From Octopus vulgaris (lineage: Eukaryota): a stretch of 64,000 bases of DNA. The notes below the pieces were generated by a model. It worked only from the letters and a program-made list of their open reading frames with translations, made no database searches and was not told the origin of the DNA. The stretch covers positions 43,648,001 through 43,712,000 of the forward strand of contig OX597816.1 in assembly GCA_951406725.2 (NCBI GenBank), written 5' to 3'. Shown here in pieces: positions 38,775-51,954 of the stretch. How positions within the stretch are numbered: position 1 is the first letter of the stretch; every line of letters starts with the position of its first letter. A program made the position numbers and the translations under genes.

Positions 38775-39875
38775 GCTCACACTTCCTCTAGACTTCTCTC
38801 ACTATCACTCCACCTCCCACTTTCTCTAAGAAGCTAAATCGCAATGTGTGAACAAATGAACACGTAGAATTATAATATAGATTTGATCATCAAGTCACTA
38901 GATTAAATAATTTAATCATGATTGTTTCCTGATAGTAAGTATTCTGCAATTCGAGCCTTAGTACAACATTGGTTACACATTGCATGTGATAAGGAAATAT
39001 GAATTTTTTATCTGCCGACACTTCATATACTTGATGTATTTGTAGGTGATTTCTAATTGCGTAATATTCCAAATAGGAATACATGACTATAGTATTGAAA
39101 CATTTGTAGCATCTACATAAATACATACATACATACATACACACACACACGCGCGCGAGTGTGTGTGTGTGATAGGTATCAAAATGTATTATTCAATTAG
39201 TATGATCTTTATCATTCTTATTCCTATACACTTACATCACTAACATACGGACAGTTTCAAGACTTTGTATACATTTTGTATACATTCTTTTACACACACA
39301 CCCATTCTTTTATACACATCTCTTCCAAGAATAAATGTGTGAGCAACAATCATACCTTGTGTGCGTTAGTGTATAATTCAGAATAAATGGCATATATTTT
39401 CACCGCAAAATCTTAACTGTTCTAATAGCATTAAGTACATCTGTGCACAGATTAACATTTTTAAACACACACGCGTATGAACCTACACATGTAGCCGCAA
39501 TGATACATGTTCATAAACATAACCATCCATGCATGTACATTTACGCATACCGTAAACAACTGTAAAATAATATTCGATTACCTCCCACATTTTCTTTCTC
39601 TGGTGCAACACATTCATGTAATACTATATGTACTTTACGATTTTTGCTTTCATCTCAGTTTTCACGATGTAGTGAGGCTTCCCGGTAATGTTAATCGAGA
39701 AATTAGTAGATAACAAGAAATAGGACAGCTGTCTCAAATGGCATTAATAGGCGGTGATACAGTTTGCGCGCTTGAAATCTTTTAAGTGAATTAAAGATAT
39801 TTTGTTAAGCGGCAAATCAGGGGATAAGAAACAAGAAGTAAATTATGTATTTTCCCGTGTTTGTGTGGTAAGATA

Positions 39876-40027
39876 TGACTGTCTACTAAGAAGCTTACTT
39901 CCCAAACACATGGTTCCGGGTTCAATCCCACTGCGTGGCACCTAGACGAGTGCCTTCTACTATAGCCTCGGGCCGACCAGAGCCTTGTGAGTGGATTTAG
40001 TAGACGGAAACTGAAAGAAGCCCGTCG
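39876..40027 (+). mobile_element. SINE family A, 5' half
   Basis: AAGAAGCTTACTTCCCAAACACATGGTTCCGGGTTCAATCCC...AAAGAAGCCCGTCG(TA)n. Confidence 0.85.
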
Positions 40028-41118
40028 TATATATATATATATACATGTAAAATACTAAGAGTGAAAAATTGAATATTAATTTGATTAATATCAATTTAAA
40101 ACCATTGCTCTAGCATATTAAAATCTGAAGATTCAGAAAAATTATACTACATACATATAAGAGGGATGACCACTACGTGGACATCCATTGTGCTAGAAGT
40201 AAATCCGCTATGGTCTGACCACTAAGAAAGGAATGTTCTCAAAAAAAAATTGGCAAACGCCAGAACGTAAGCGAGCAAGACAAATGAAAAGAAACAAAAT
40301 ATAGATTAATCATAAACTAGTTTCGCCATTAACACTTACGCAAATTACGTTATTGTCCGTAGCTCCTCAGTATGATCGGTATTGCAAATATAATTTGCAG
40401 AACTATACACGGCACGTCTGCATGAGATTGAACTGCCGACGGTGGCTCAATTGGCCGAAACTTCGAAGTTTTTGTCAACAACATTCTTGTATAAGAATAA
40501 TATATATTCATTTTCGTATGAGGGCAAGGTTGGGTGTGTGCTTGTCTGAATATTATCCTTTATACGCTTATTTCTTTGATTGTTCCATTTTAAATCTCTT
40601 CTTTACTTCCTTTGTATTCTTTGTATATTAGTCGTTTATTTATTATTGAATCATCTGCCAAACAAAATGTCTGCAGTTTGACATTTACAGTCATAATAGT
40701 GTTTATAAGCAGTTTTCATCCTCCTTTTACATGAATCACTAAGTCGTAACCTATTCTTTACTTATAAGAAAGATCTGCTGTTACTCAACTGTAACTGTCA
40801 CTATCAACGGAAGAACACTTTAGGTAAATGGGAATTTGTCGATATATTTTTTGACATAAATGAAAATATTGAAACGAATAGAAATACTAACATTGCTACT
40901 TTTGGCTGAGTCACGAAGAAATAATAATAATTATAAGTACCTCTCCCCGTCCTCAAACCCCACATGTTTATTCTTACCATAAACATGATCTCATCTCGAG
41001 CATCTACATTACACTGTCAACTAAAATGCTATATTATGATTCACTAAATATAGAGTTCTTTACATCTTTTTACTACCACAATAGATCCAAAAATTCACAA
41101 CTGTCGTATAATGTCAAT

Positions 41119-42068
41119 TGGCGAGCTGGCTGAATCGTAGCGCACCAGACAATATGCTTACCAGCATTTCGTCAATCTTCACGTTCCCGGTTCAAATTCC
41201 ACCGAAGTCGACGAAATAAATACCTTTTGAGCACTGACGTTGATGTAATCGACTAACTTCTACCGCGAAAATTGCTGACCTTCTCCCAAAATTTGAGACT
41301 ATTATTAAAGTTATGAATAAGTCAGCGAGCTGGGTGATATATTAAGCTCGGCCGACAAAATGGTTACCGGTATTTCGTCCGTACTTACGTCGTGATTTCA
41401 AATTCTATCAAGCCTTTCATCTGTTTCGGTGTCGATGAACTAAATTACCAGTTGGGCGCTGGGGCCGATGTAATCGACCAACCTCTTATCCACGAAATTG
41501 TTGACCTCGTTCCGAAATTTGAAACGATTATTAAACTTATGAATGAAGAGGTGAGCTGGCTGGAACGGTAGCACGCTGGATAAAATAGCAGCATCTCGTA
41601 AGCCTTCACGTTTTTTGGCTGAAATTACACCGAAGTCGATTATGTCATTCATAATCTCTTTCGGCGTCGACAAGATAAGTACCAGTTATGTACTGGGGAT
41701 CGATGTAATCGACTATCCTCCTCCCCCAAATTTGAGGCCTTGTGCCTACAGTAGAAAGGATTTATTAAAGATATAAATAAGTCGGCGTGCTGGGAGATTC
41801 GTTAGCGCACCGAGCAAAATGCTTATCAGCATTTCGTCCGTTTTTACGTTCTGAGTTCAAATTCCATTCAAATGAAAGGCAAAGGTCAACTTTGCCCTTC
41901 ATCCTTTCCGGGTCGATAAAATAAGTTGTGAGTTCAAATTCTGCTAAGCCTTTCATCTCTTTCGGTGTCGATGAACAAAGTGCTAGCTGGGCGTTTGAGT
42001 TGATATAATCGACTATTCGACAATCACAAGATATCAGGCTTTGTGCCTAGCATGCAAAGGATTATTAG
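41119..42068 (+). repeat. Head-to-tail array of 4-5 diverged SINE B units
   Basis: Heads at ~41119, ~41323, ~41549, ~41781 and a partial unit at ~41928, joined by a shared linker TTATTAAA(G/C)(T/A)TAT(G/A)AAT. Confidence 0.85.
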
Positions 42069-42824
42069 AACTGCGAATATAACGATGGCGTGGCGTTTAC
42101 TATAAATCCACATTTGCATGGTGCTTCATAAAAAACCCAACTCTAATCCGAATATCTCCGAAACAAGTCTCATAGCCCCGAGACAAGTCAGTACTGGACA
42201 CTAAGGGAGTAAAGTAAAATACTCTATGGTAGAATAAGGAGTCTCCAGAGGAACGCAGTTTTTGTGCTGTATGCTTCCCCCAATACTTGAAAAATCAAAC
42301 TGTGTTGACACTAGATGTGCTGCTTCAGAAATGCTCTAATGACCTTTAATCGCTCAGTGAAAAAACCATTAGATTTTTTTTTCTTTATTTTCTTACATTT
42401 TTTTCTTTTTCGTTATTTACACAGTTTTTGTCGTTGGCACTACGCTAGTTTTGTTTATATCCTACAGCGCAGTGATCTACAGAAAGTATAAATATTTCGT
42501 CCATTATGTTAAAGTAATTGGTTTAACCTATTCTACTTCCTTGCGTGAGACACATGTAGCCGCAGGCCTGTCTTCATATTGAAATTCAGAATAGGCAGAT
42601 GACACAACTTTGAAATTTATCACAACGCGAATATGTATGTACGTGTGTGTGTGTGTGTGTGGATGGGTGGCTTTTTTGTGTGCTTCTATCTGTCTGTTTG
42701 TCTGAATATCTGTGTCTGACTGTCTATGTGCGTATGTTTTTGAGGTTCATTGTGTGTGTGTGTGTGTGTGTGTCAAGTAAGAAGTAACCGTACACAAAAG
42801 GAAATAACATCATTTGGCAATATA

Positions 42825-42869
<45 letters not shown>

Positions 42870-43321
42870 GTGTATATATATATATATGTGTATATATGTG
42901 TATATATGTATATATATATGTGTATATATGTATATATATGTATATATATATATATACATATATATATAATATAGATATACATATGTATATATATATATAT
43001 AATAACAATATAATAAATAAATCATATGCATACATACATACATATATGTACATACCTACATCTATATGTATATATGCATGCATATATGAGTACAAGACAA
43101 ACAACACAAGGAACTTTCCCCTTCTTCAGCTGCCCCTGTTTCGACTCAATGCGTGTTTCGAAGTATATCTATATTATATATATATATATATATAGATAGA
43201 TAGATAGATATACATATGTATATGTATATATATATATATATATAATATAGATATATATACATATGTATATGTATATATATATAATATAGATATACATATA
43301 TATATATATAATATAGATATA

Positions 43322-43580
43322 CTTTTATTACAACTGTAAAATTATCACAAAACTTTTACTCAGGATTTCACGTTCCTGCTTGTTGGACAGTTGTGAGCAA
43401 AACTGAATTAAAATCGTGATGCGTACCGTCACAATTTTCCTCACAACTGTCCGACGAACAGGAATGTGAAATTCTGAGTAAAAGTCCAATGATAATTTCG
43501 CTGCTGTAATAAAAGCACATAAGTCTACCTTTGGTATTCTAGTATTAATTTTTCCATCTTGTTTGGCATTTATGTGCTCA
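43322..43580. mobile_element. Palindromic Penelope-like mini-element, family H2
   Basis: Inverted arms 43322-43396 and 43440-43515. The right arm has CCGACGA-ACA(GGAA)TGT-GAAA...GAGTA, homologous to 26250-26285. Flanked by TA-rich tracts. Confidence 0.7.
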
Positions 43581-43597
43581 CATGTATATATATATCA

Positions 43598-43790
43598 TGA
43601 TAGCTCGTTAGCTCCTACACGCATTTTTTCTCTCCTTGATTTTTTTCTGTGTATCTTTCTGTCGAAGAGCGTAGGCTCGAAACGTAAAAGACTTGTTCTA
43701 TTTCTATTCCTGAGCGCCATACTAATACATTTGTTTGTTTGTACTCCACCTGCCTTCGTCTTTTGTTTATTTTCGTAAACCTTCCCGTTA
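43598..43790 (+). mobile_element. Family H1 element between (TA)n tracts
   Basis: TCTTTCTGTCGAAGAGCGTAGGCTCGAAACGTAAAAGAC...TTCGTAAACCTTCCCGT(TA)n. Confidence 0.8.
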
Positions 43791-43805
43791 TATATATATA
43801 TATAT

Positions 43806-43921
43806 ATCACGTGATCACGTGACCGACCAGACCATCAGATGTTGTTACACATCGCTGGTCACAATGCGTTCGCATTGTTTTAGCCTTCGAATGATGCCAC
43901 CCCGCTTGATAAGCGAGCTGG

Positions 43922-43925
<4 letters not shown>
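43806..43925. repeat. Short GC-richer element between (TA)n tracts, possibly a SINE 3' end on the minus strand
   Basis: TCACGTGATCACGTGACCGACCAG...AAGCGAGCTGGAC embedded in TA repeats. The family assignment is from recollection only. Confidence 0.4.
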
Positions 43926-43965
<40 letters not shown>

Positions 43966-44609
43966 ATATATTATTATTATATTTTTTATATGTATATATA
44001 TATATTAGATTTTTCATTTTTTTTTTCATTTCTTAGGAAAAAGAATGAAAAATCTAATAATAATATATATATATATATATAACCAGTATGTTGCATTGTA
44101 AGTGGTTAATCTCATGTAACACATTGGAATATAATAGACATCAACCGTATATATTATTCATATGTTTAAATAACATATAACGCCATAAATGATACATCAT
44201 TTCTATGGATTTACTTAAAATTTCACATCCACATATGATTAATATGACCGAACAATACGAGCTATTCCGTAGGTTTCCCGGTGTTTCGCAGTGCAAAGGC
44301 CAAATCTAAAATAGATGGAGGGATAGTCAGACAGATAAATAAAATTTAGTTCGAATTTCTTGTACAGGGAACTCACATGTTACCATACGTTATCTTCAGA
44401 GTATGAGCTGTATATCAACAATCTTAATCTTATTTTTACAGATTAAGGCCATCTTCAAAAGAAAGAAAAGTACATATATACATAACAATGCTAGATGCAG
44501 AATTTAAATGATAAATGAAACCAGCTAGACTAAATATAAATTATTATACCATATAAAATTGGGAATATGTTTAGTATCTGATTTTCATAGACAAATCGAA
44601 TGATACAGT

Positions 44610-44851
44610 TCTATATTCAAGAGATGAAGAATTATGTACATTATTTAAATTATTTACATTATTTACATTTGACGGATATTTGTCATCTTGTTTGTTGTTA
44701 ACGTTTTGGCTGATATACCCTCCAGCCTTCATCAGGTGTCGTGGGGAAGTTTCCACAATACACCTGATGAAGGCTGGAGGGTATATCAGCCGAAATGTGT
44801 TAACAACAAACAAGACGAGGACAATATCCGTCTAATGTAAATAATGTAAAT
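44610..44851. mobile_element. Palindromic Penelope-like mini-element, family H3, with canonical CUGAUGA hammerhead core
   Basis: Inverted arms ~44652-44739 and ~44760-44851, including CACCTGATGAAGGCTGGAGGGTATATCAGCCGAAA and its reverse complement. Confidence 0.75.
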
Positions 44852-45957
44852 GAATGGAATGATGTTCAACGAGTGTTTAAACGTTTCCATTAAATGCTGT
44901 AGTAGTAGTAGTAGTAGTATTAGTCGATCTTGCTTTAAAATGAGAAATATTAATTTAAAAGTAAACAGCATCACTAAATTTCCTTGACCAAGCTTTCTAT
45001 AGTGGAGAGATAAAGCAGGTCATATATGACTTGCAAACTCATAAAAACACTATTAAAGCATAAAAGAAAATTTTCAGTTATTTAATTAACTAGTCTATTG
45101 GTCAAGGTAAACATTTTTAGAAAGTTCGATAATTTATGTAAATTTTATGCAATATCTTTGATTTAAATATTTATCATGCTATTTTTATACATATTAAGAT
45201 AATTTTTTTCACAAAGAGAAAACTTACTAAGTTAGAATCAATACATTCAACATCTATTTAACGATGAGCTACAAAAAATTACTTTTTATAACTTCAGCAA
45301 GTAAACGTGTATTAAATAAAAACTTCCCTGTAATCTATTTTTAATTTTCTGGCATTAGTACTTTTTTGTGCGTTTTCCTAGATCTTGCATGGAATGAAGT
45401 AGTATATATCGAGATGCACGTGTTGGGTAGATTTTTGTAGCAATTTACAATAAAAACGAGAGGAAGATTGAAATATTTTGTTGAGTCAAGTTTTGTTCGT
45501 GAGGTTGTACAAATGTTATGAATTATTCAATCAACAAGCCATTTTGAATAACGGAAAAGTTATGAAATTATGAGAAAAAAATGCTTCTATGCAGATTAAA
45601 TTTAGTTATTAATGTAGTGCATAGGAAATATGTTAGGGTAAGAAAGAACTTTCTAGTAAAAAAGACAAATATAGTGGTTAAATTACCATATAGTTTTAAA
45701 TTTAATTAGCGTTACCGAATTATCTTGGGAATAATTTCAAGAAAACACAGGGATAGAGTTGACCTAAATTTACAAGTAAATAACTTGCTTCTGATTGTTC
45801 AGTTAGATAGTGGTTAGCGGTTGGAAAGGACTTGTATGATAATTGGTATTTCACCTCTATATTATATTGGAAGTTAATATTAATAATTAATTATTAAATA
45901 TAGTAATCCCAAATGCATAAAACATAGTATACTGAACAAGTCACTTCAATCTACAGA

Positions 45958-46320
45958 GGCGTGGCTGTGTGATAAGAAGCTTGCTTCCCAGCGATACTGT
46001 TCCAGGTTCGGTCGCACTGCGTGATAAGTATTTTCAATAGCCGCGAGCCGACCGAAACCTTGTGAGTGGATTTGGCAGACGGAAACTGAAAGAAGCCTGT
46101 CGTATATATATATACACATATGTGTATATATCGTGTGTTTGTCTGTCCTACATCAACGCTTTTTCAACCGGTGTTGGTATAACCTAGTGGTTCAGCTAGA
46201 GACAGATTAAATAAGTACTAAGCTTAAAAAATAAGTCGTGGGGTCAATTTCTTCGACACAAACCTTCAAGGCGGTGCTCCAGCATGACTATGGTTAGATG
46301 ACTGAAACAAATAAAAGAAT
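45958..46320 (+). mobile_element. SINE family A, diverged full length
   Basis: GGCGTGGCTGTGTGATAAGAAG...TGACTGAAACAAATAAAAGA. Confidence 0.85.
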
Positions 46321-47361
46321 AAGGATTAAATTTAAGTTACACTTAGACAAACCTTCTTTTCAGATAGCAATCCGAGATAAAAACAATTCAAGTAATTGAG
46401 ATCATTTCAAGAATTTAAGAATTAGATCGAAATAGGTGTGTAATTTTTTCCTTCTTTTCAAACAAACGGAAGATTTTTGTTGCCCAAAGAATGTAAATCA
46501 TCTTTGAATGATAAAGTTGTAAGTTGTAAAAAGGATTGCCCCGCACAATCAATTAGTGCTAGGGTTTCGTTTTATTCCTTCTTGCAACAGGAAAATATCA
46601 GGTTAATACTTTTTTCCTTTCACTACATTCATTACAAGACACCTTAAATTATTTATCAAAATTCATTCAAATTAATCCAGTTAATTCCCTAAGTCCATTT
46701 CAGTTTTTAATTACCTGTTACTTAGATCAGCAGGAATCATGTTTTTCGGACGTAGCGGTTCAAGGGTCTTGCCACATTGGTCTCATTACTAGAGTAACAG
46801 AATCACTAGACTGCCAGGCTATATACGCTGCAATTTTTAATTGTATTTATGTACATCTTATTGATTTCATTTTAATTCCATTTTCATTTTCATCCCAATA
46901 GACACACGCAATTACACAACAACCTCTTTTCTATTTTACATTCAATACTCTATATATTTCTCCACCAATTTTACATTCTTAATCTGATTTGAGAAACCCC
47001 TATTATTTGCTCACTATTTTTTCCATCAATGCACATATATCCAACTTGTAGAAATCATAACAGTGTCACCCAACGCAATTTTAATCAAACACTTACACAC
47101 ATACACGTGCTGCAAAATGTATAATCACATATGTAGGGTTCAGACGCGCACGCAAGCGCACTACTCTATACTGTACTGATAGAAATACGAAAAAGATACG
47201 TACGTACAATTAGTACCTTTATATGCATTCATACATGCATATATATAAATATATATATACATATGTGTGTGTGTGTGCGTATACATGTATATATGTATAT
47301 AAGCATATATATATATACATATATATATGATATATATATATGTATACATATATATATATAT

Positions 47362-47398
<37 letters not shown>

Positions 47399-47522
47399 CG
47401 CACACACAGTTTATATATATATGTATACGTGCATGTATTTGTATATATGCATATATTTATATATATATATATTATATGATCGAACGCCACGTATCCTTTT
47501 CTAAGTAAGTTTTATCTATCTA

Positions 47523-47610
<88 letters not shown>

Positions 47611-48057
47611 AGTAATATATGTGTATAAAGATTGAATGTGTATTCGTCCTTTAATTGGAGGTTTCCAAAAAAGATTTCTAATGTTGATTCTTCATATAAT
47701 TTGATGGGAGTTTACAGGCATAAATTTGCGAAACACGAAAGTAGTACCTTTAAGTTAGGTATGGAGACTTTCTGGAATGAAGTTCCATAAATACCATCGA
47801 TTTTGTTAAGAATGGAGGAATCAAGTTGTTATTTATGAGAAGTTTAATTCTTGCAGACGATCGTTTCGTACAGAGATGTAATAATATAAATCAATGACTG
47901 AATAAAATAAAATAAATATAAACTTACTCTTTAGTGCAGGAAGGAAAGAAACCATAATACAAATAACTTTAAAAGGAGTCAAACAGTCATATTGGTATCC
48001 GTGAGAGAGAGAGAGAGAGAGAGAGATGGGAGGGAGTCTTGTCGGTTATTGAAGCAT

Positions 48058-48084
<27 letters not shown>

Positions 48085-48088
<4 letters not shown>

Positions 48089-48192
48089 CTGTGTATATGT
48101 GTGTGTCTGTGTATATGTGTGTGTATGTGTATACGTGTGTGTCTGTGTATATGTGTGTGTATGTGTATACGTGTGTGTCTGTGTGTATACGT
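48085..48192. repeat. 18/36-bp GT-rich minisatellite
   Basis: GTGTGTGTCTGTGTATAT and GTGTGTGTATGTGTATAC units in tandem. Confidence 0.8.
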
Positions 48193-48207
48193 ATGTATGC
48201 ATATATG

Positions 48208-48252
<45 letters not shown>

Positions 48253-49459
48253 CCATACACACACATACATATATGTGTGTATTTATATGTATATATATAT
48301 ATATATATACACATATGCATATGTGTTTGTGTGTGTGTTTAATTATATGATCTTCACAATTCACATGCGCATTTTTTTTCTTAATGAACCGACACTTTAA
48401 TTTTTGTCAAAAGTCATGAATAAGAATGTTTCAACGAGGAGGCTTTGTTTCATTATTGCTATAAGGACCAGCTAAGTGTCTGTTGTATTTCTTCAAGAGA
48501 TATCAATCGAGCTCGGCAGATATTTGAAACTGGCTACATTCCAAAAATTTGTCCATCCAATCGTTTTCTTGTTCATGATTCCGACTTGATTCAGTTACTG
48601 ATAGCCTACAAGCCAACATGACAACGAAACGAAGATAACATGAATCGTGCTACGCCTACGAACATATATTTTCCTCCTCTGTTAATCAGTCATTTTCTCT
48701 TTAATTTCCCTTTACATGGCTTTCTTCCATTATTACTTTTGTTTTTCTTAATGCCACTGTATGTTTTTATTTATTCGTCTGAAACTCCGATCTGTCCTTT
48801 CTCTTTATTTCCATTCCAGACAGACATTTCAGACCTCACACTGGCACTAAACACTTATTTCGTAACAGTGTGCGCACAAAAACACACACACACAAACACA
48901 CAAACACACACACACACACGCACAAACACACACACACAAACACACACACACAAACACAAACACACACAAACACACACACACATGCGCGCACTTATCTAAG
49001 CTGACGCGCATATAATGCAAGCAATACACTACCCGTACAATGGCTTAGATATAGACACAGCTACATAAATATAAGTAGGAAATTTAAATTATACAGCATT
49101 ACATGCTCTGACATACACAAATACGCAAACATACTTACTCGTACATACACAAGCAGATATGACCTCAATCATACAGAGATTGAGAGACAGAATCTTTCCA
49201 TACGAAACCATGTTATGAGTGAAACAACATCTTGAATAAATCATACAATAATTAAATGCACACGTTGCCATAGGTAGGCGTATATAATATATATTCGACG
49301 CGATATTCAGATACATAATGTAAAATTAACGATTAATTGGAGACGTAAAATATACATAGAAAACATATGCCCAGAAAAAAACCGCAGTCAAAGAGTCTAG
49401 TTAACAAGGAAATATACTGAGGAAAATTAACTAATACACATATATAAGACAGAGAAACA

Positions 49460-49497
<38 letters not shown>

Positions 49498-50212
49498 CTA
49501 TCATAGAGAATTACATTTTAACGGGTAAACTTAAGCATGCATACACATATATCCTCTGTCTTGTACACATATACTCGGACACTCACATACGCATACAACT
49601 ATATTACATACACTGGCACATGCAAAGATACACATACAAATATACACACAATTACTCTGTTGCTCTGTTGCTCTTGTTCAGTCCCACCTCCAGTCTGACT
49701 GACATCAATACTTTCCTACATTATGTACGTTTTTCTGTAGCCGTAAGCATACAAGACAACTGTCTACCTACATTTATTTTAATTTAAATTTATACATTAA
49801 AGCCATTTACATTTACTAACACTACAAAATTAGTTCAATTCGTAAACACTAAAGATAAACACATATGTTTCCAACATATCCCGGCGTGTATAGAAATACT
49901 CTGTCTTTACACAATGTACAGAATCGTATCTAAATGTACGTGTTTGTTTCTATCAGCGTACAAACGCAGATGCGCGCGCTAACATACATACATATATACA
50001 TAAGGACGTACGTACACACCGGAGGCAGACGGATATCTTCACTACAGTGACTCGCGAGAACGACAACAGATTCGTTTCGACTTTCGTGTTGCTTGTGAAA
50101 TCCGTGCAACCGATTGTCACCTACTAATTCGTGTCAAATTATATAGTAAACAGTATATAAACTATTCATCGATACTGCCGAAGTTTGCCGAGCTATATAT
50201 AGCATAACAAAA

Positions 50213-50517
50213 AGACAGCGTTAAATTAAAATCGCCATCTGTGTATCATATTAAATGTATCACGCCGTTAGAGGATATGATGCTATGAAATTGCATGAGA
50301 TAAGAAATTTCCTGATAATCTTGGGTGAAAAACATAAACAATTTGTGTCAGGGTGAAACAACGAAAGTCCGATGAGTGTGTTTGTGTGTGTAGATAGTGT
50401 TTTTAACGCATACCTATGAAGATATTTTATCTCAGATAATTACTTGTTATGCATTCTAACGGTGTTTACGCATTTAGTATGATACACAGAGGGCAATTTT
50501 AATTTAAGGATGTTTCC
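50213..50517. mobile_element. Foldback/MITE-like element with ~100-bp imperfect inverted arms
   Basis: TTAAATTAAAATCGCCATCTGTGTATCATATTAAATG...CCGTTAGA pairs with TCTAACGG...CATTTAGTATGATACACAGAGGGCAATTTTAATTTAA; GAGATAA/TTATCTC extends the pairing. Confidence 0.7.
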
Positions 50518-51723
50518 CTAGCGTACACTGAGTTTTACTTTGCATACTATGTACGAATAAGACAACTAAGTAGAACAAAATTTTATTCGGTTCACTATAT
50601 TCCCAATGATATTTAGTTTCATCTCGGGTTTTCAGACTTGAATATTACCAGAAAGATTTTCGGTTAAAACATAAGAAACAGGATTTTCTCTGAATCTCAA
50701 TAAGCTAAGTTATAATTTAACAATTGAAATTCGTTTTGAAGGCTCATCATTTCTTGGTTTTAGAGACATTAGCGATGTTTGGCGGTGTTAGGTGCTTGTA
50801 TATTTGATACAAGAACTGAGTATGTGTGGTTATGTGACACTGGGGCAGGTAGCACGCGGATATTTAGCCAGGGGATAGAAGAAGATAACTGCTCAATGAG
50901 AAGGAAAGAAGAGTGAGTATTATAGCTCGCATGGATTATGGCAGATAACTGATGAAATATGTATATTATTTATACGCCTCTCTCTCATTTTATTTTTCCA
51001 ATTGCTTTCGAAAAAGTGTTTATTCTAGTATAGCTAGTGTGGTCGTTAAAATTCCTAACTGGGAAGCGATGACAACTTTCTATCTAAGAATCTAACTGTG
51101 AGAGGAATTAGCATCAAATGAAATTTTAAAGTATAATATACACATAAGCAGAAATTCATGTACACACAGATGTGCGCTCAAAACACACACACACACATAC
51201 ACACACATACATATACACACACATACACGTATAGTATGATAAAGTAGAAGCTATATAATATAATTAACTGGAAGCTGATGACATTTAAGTATTTTAGTGT
51301 CGTCTATCAACAAAATAAGAAATCGTAAACATGTGGTTATTAGTGCACGAACGCACGAACGCCTGTTCACACGAAGACATCCACCCATCAAGACACGTTT
51401 ATATGTGTAGTATACGGGGGAAACGATATAAATAAGAAAACAAACTTTGTCAGCATTTGCCTAAACAAATATGAATTGTGAGAGAAAATTTTCTCCTTGT
51501 CATGATTTCTAGCGAAACGTTTAGTGTCTAAAACAGAAGTAAATACGTTAGGATATATAATGATGAAATTTGATACCGTAGTGAAACGAAAGTGTCATCA
51601 CTATTCCGCTGTTATACTTAAACAAGCTTTAAACTTATAGATGCTCAGATGAATCTATAAAGTGCTATTCAAGCATTCGATTACGTGTGCATGGCATCTT
51701 ACAAGAGAAACAGCTGTAACCTA

Positions 51724-51954
51724 TTTCGTTACTACCCACAAGGGGCTAAACACAGAGGAGACAAACAAGGACCGACAGGCGGATTAAGTCGATTATATCG
51801 ACCGCAGTGCGTAGCTGGTACTTAATTTATCGACCCCGAAAGGATGAAAGGCAAAGTCGACCTCGGCGGAATTTGAACTCAGAACGTAACGGCAGAAGAA
51901 ATACGGCTACGCATTTTGGCCGGCGTGCTAACGTTTCTGCCATCTCGCCGCCTT
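51724..51954 (-). mobile_element. SINE family B, full length, with perfect 16-bp TSD
   Basis: TSD AAACAGCTGTAACCTA at 51708-51723 and 51955-51970. Confidence 0.95.

Noticed and set aside
44442-44510. Strong acceptor (CTTAATCTTATTTTTACAG) followed by a short open frame
   Set aside because: No good donor, no homology and no partner exon; such sites occur by chance in AT-rich DNA.
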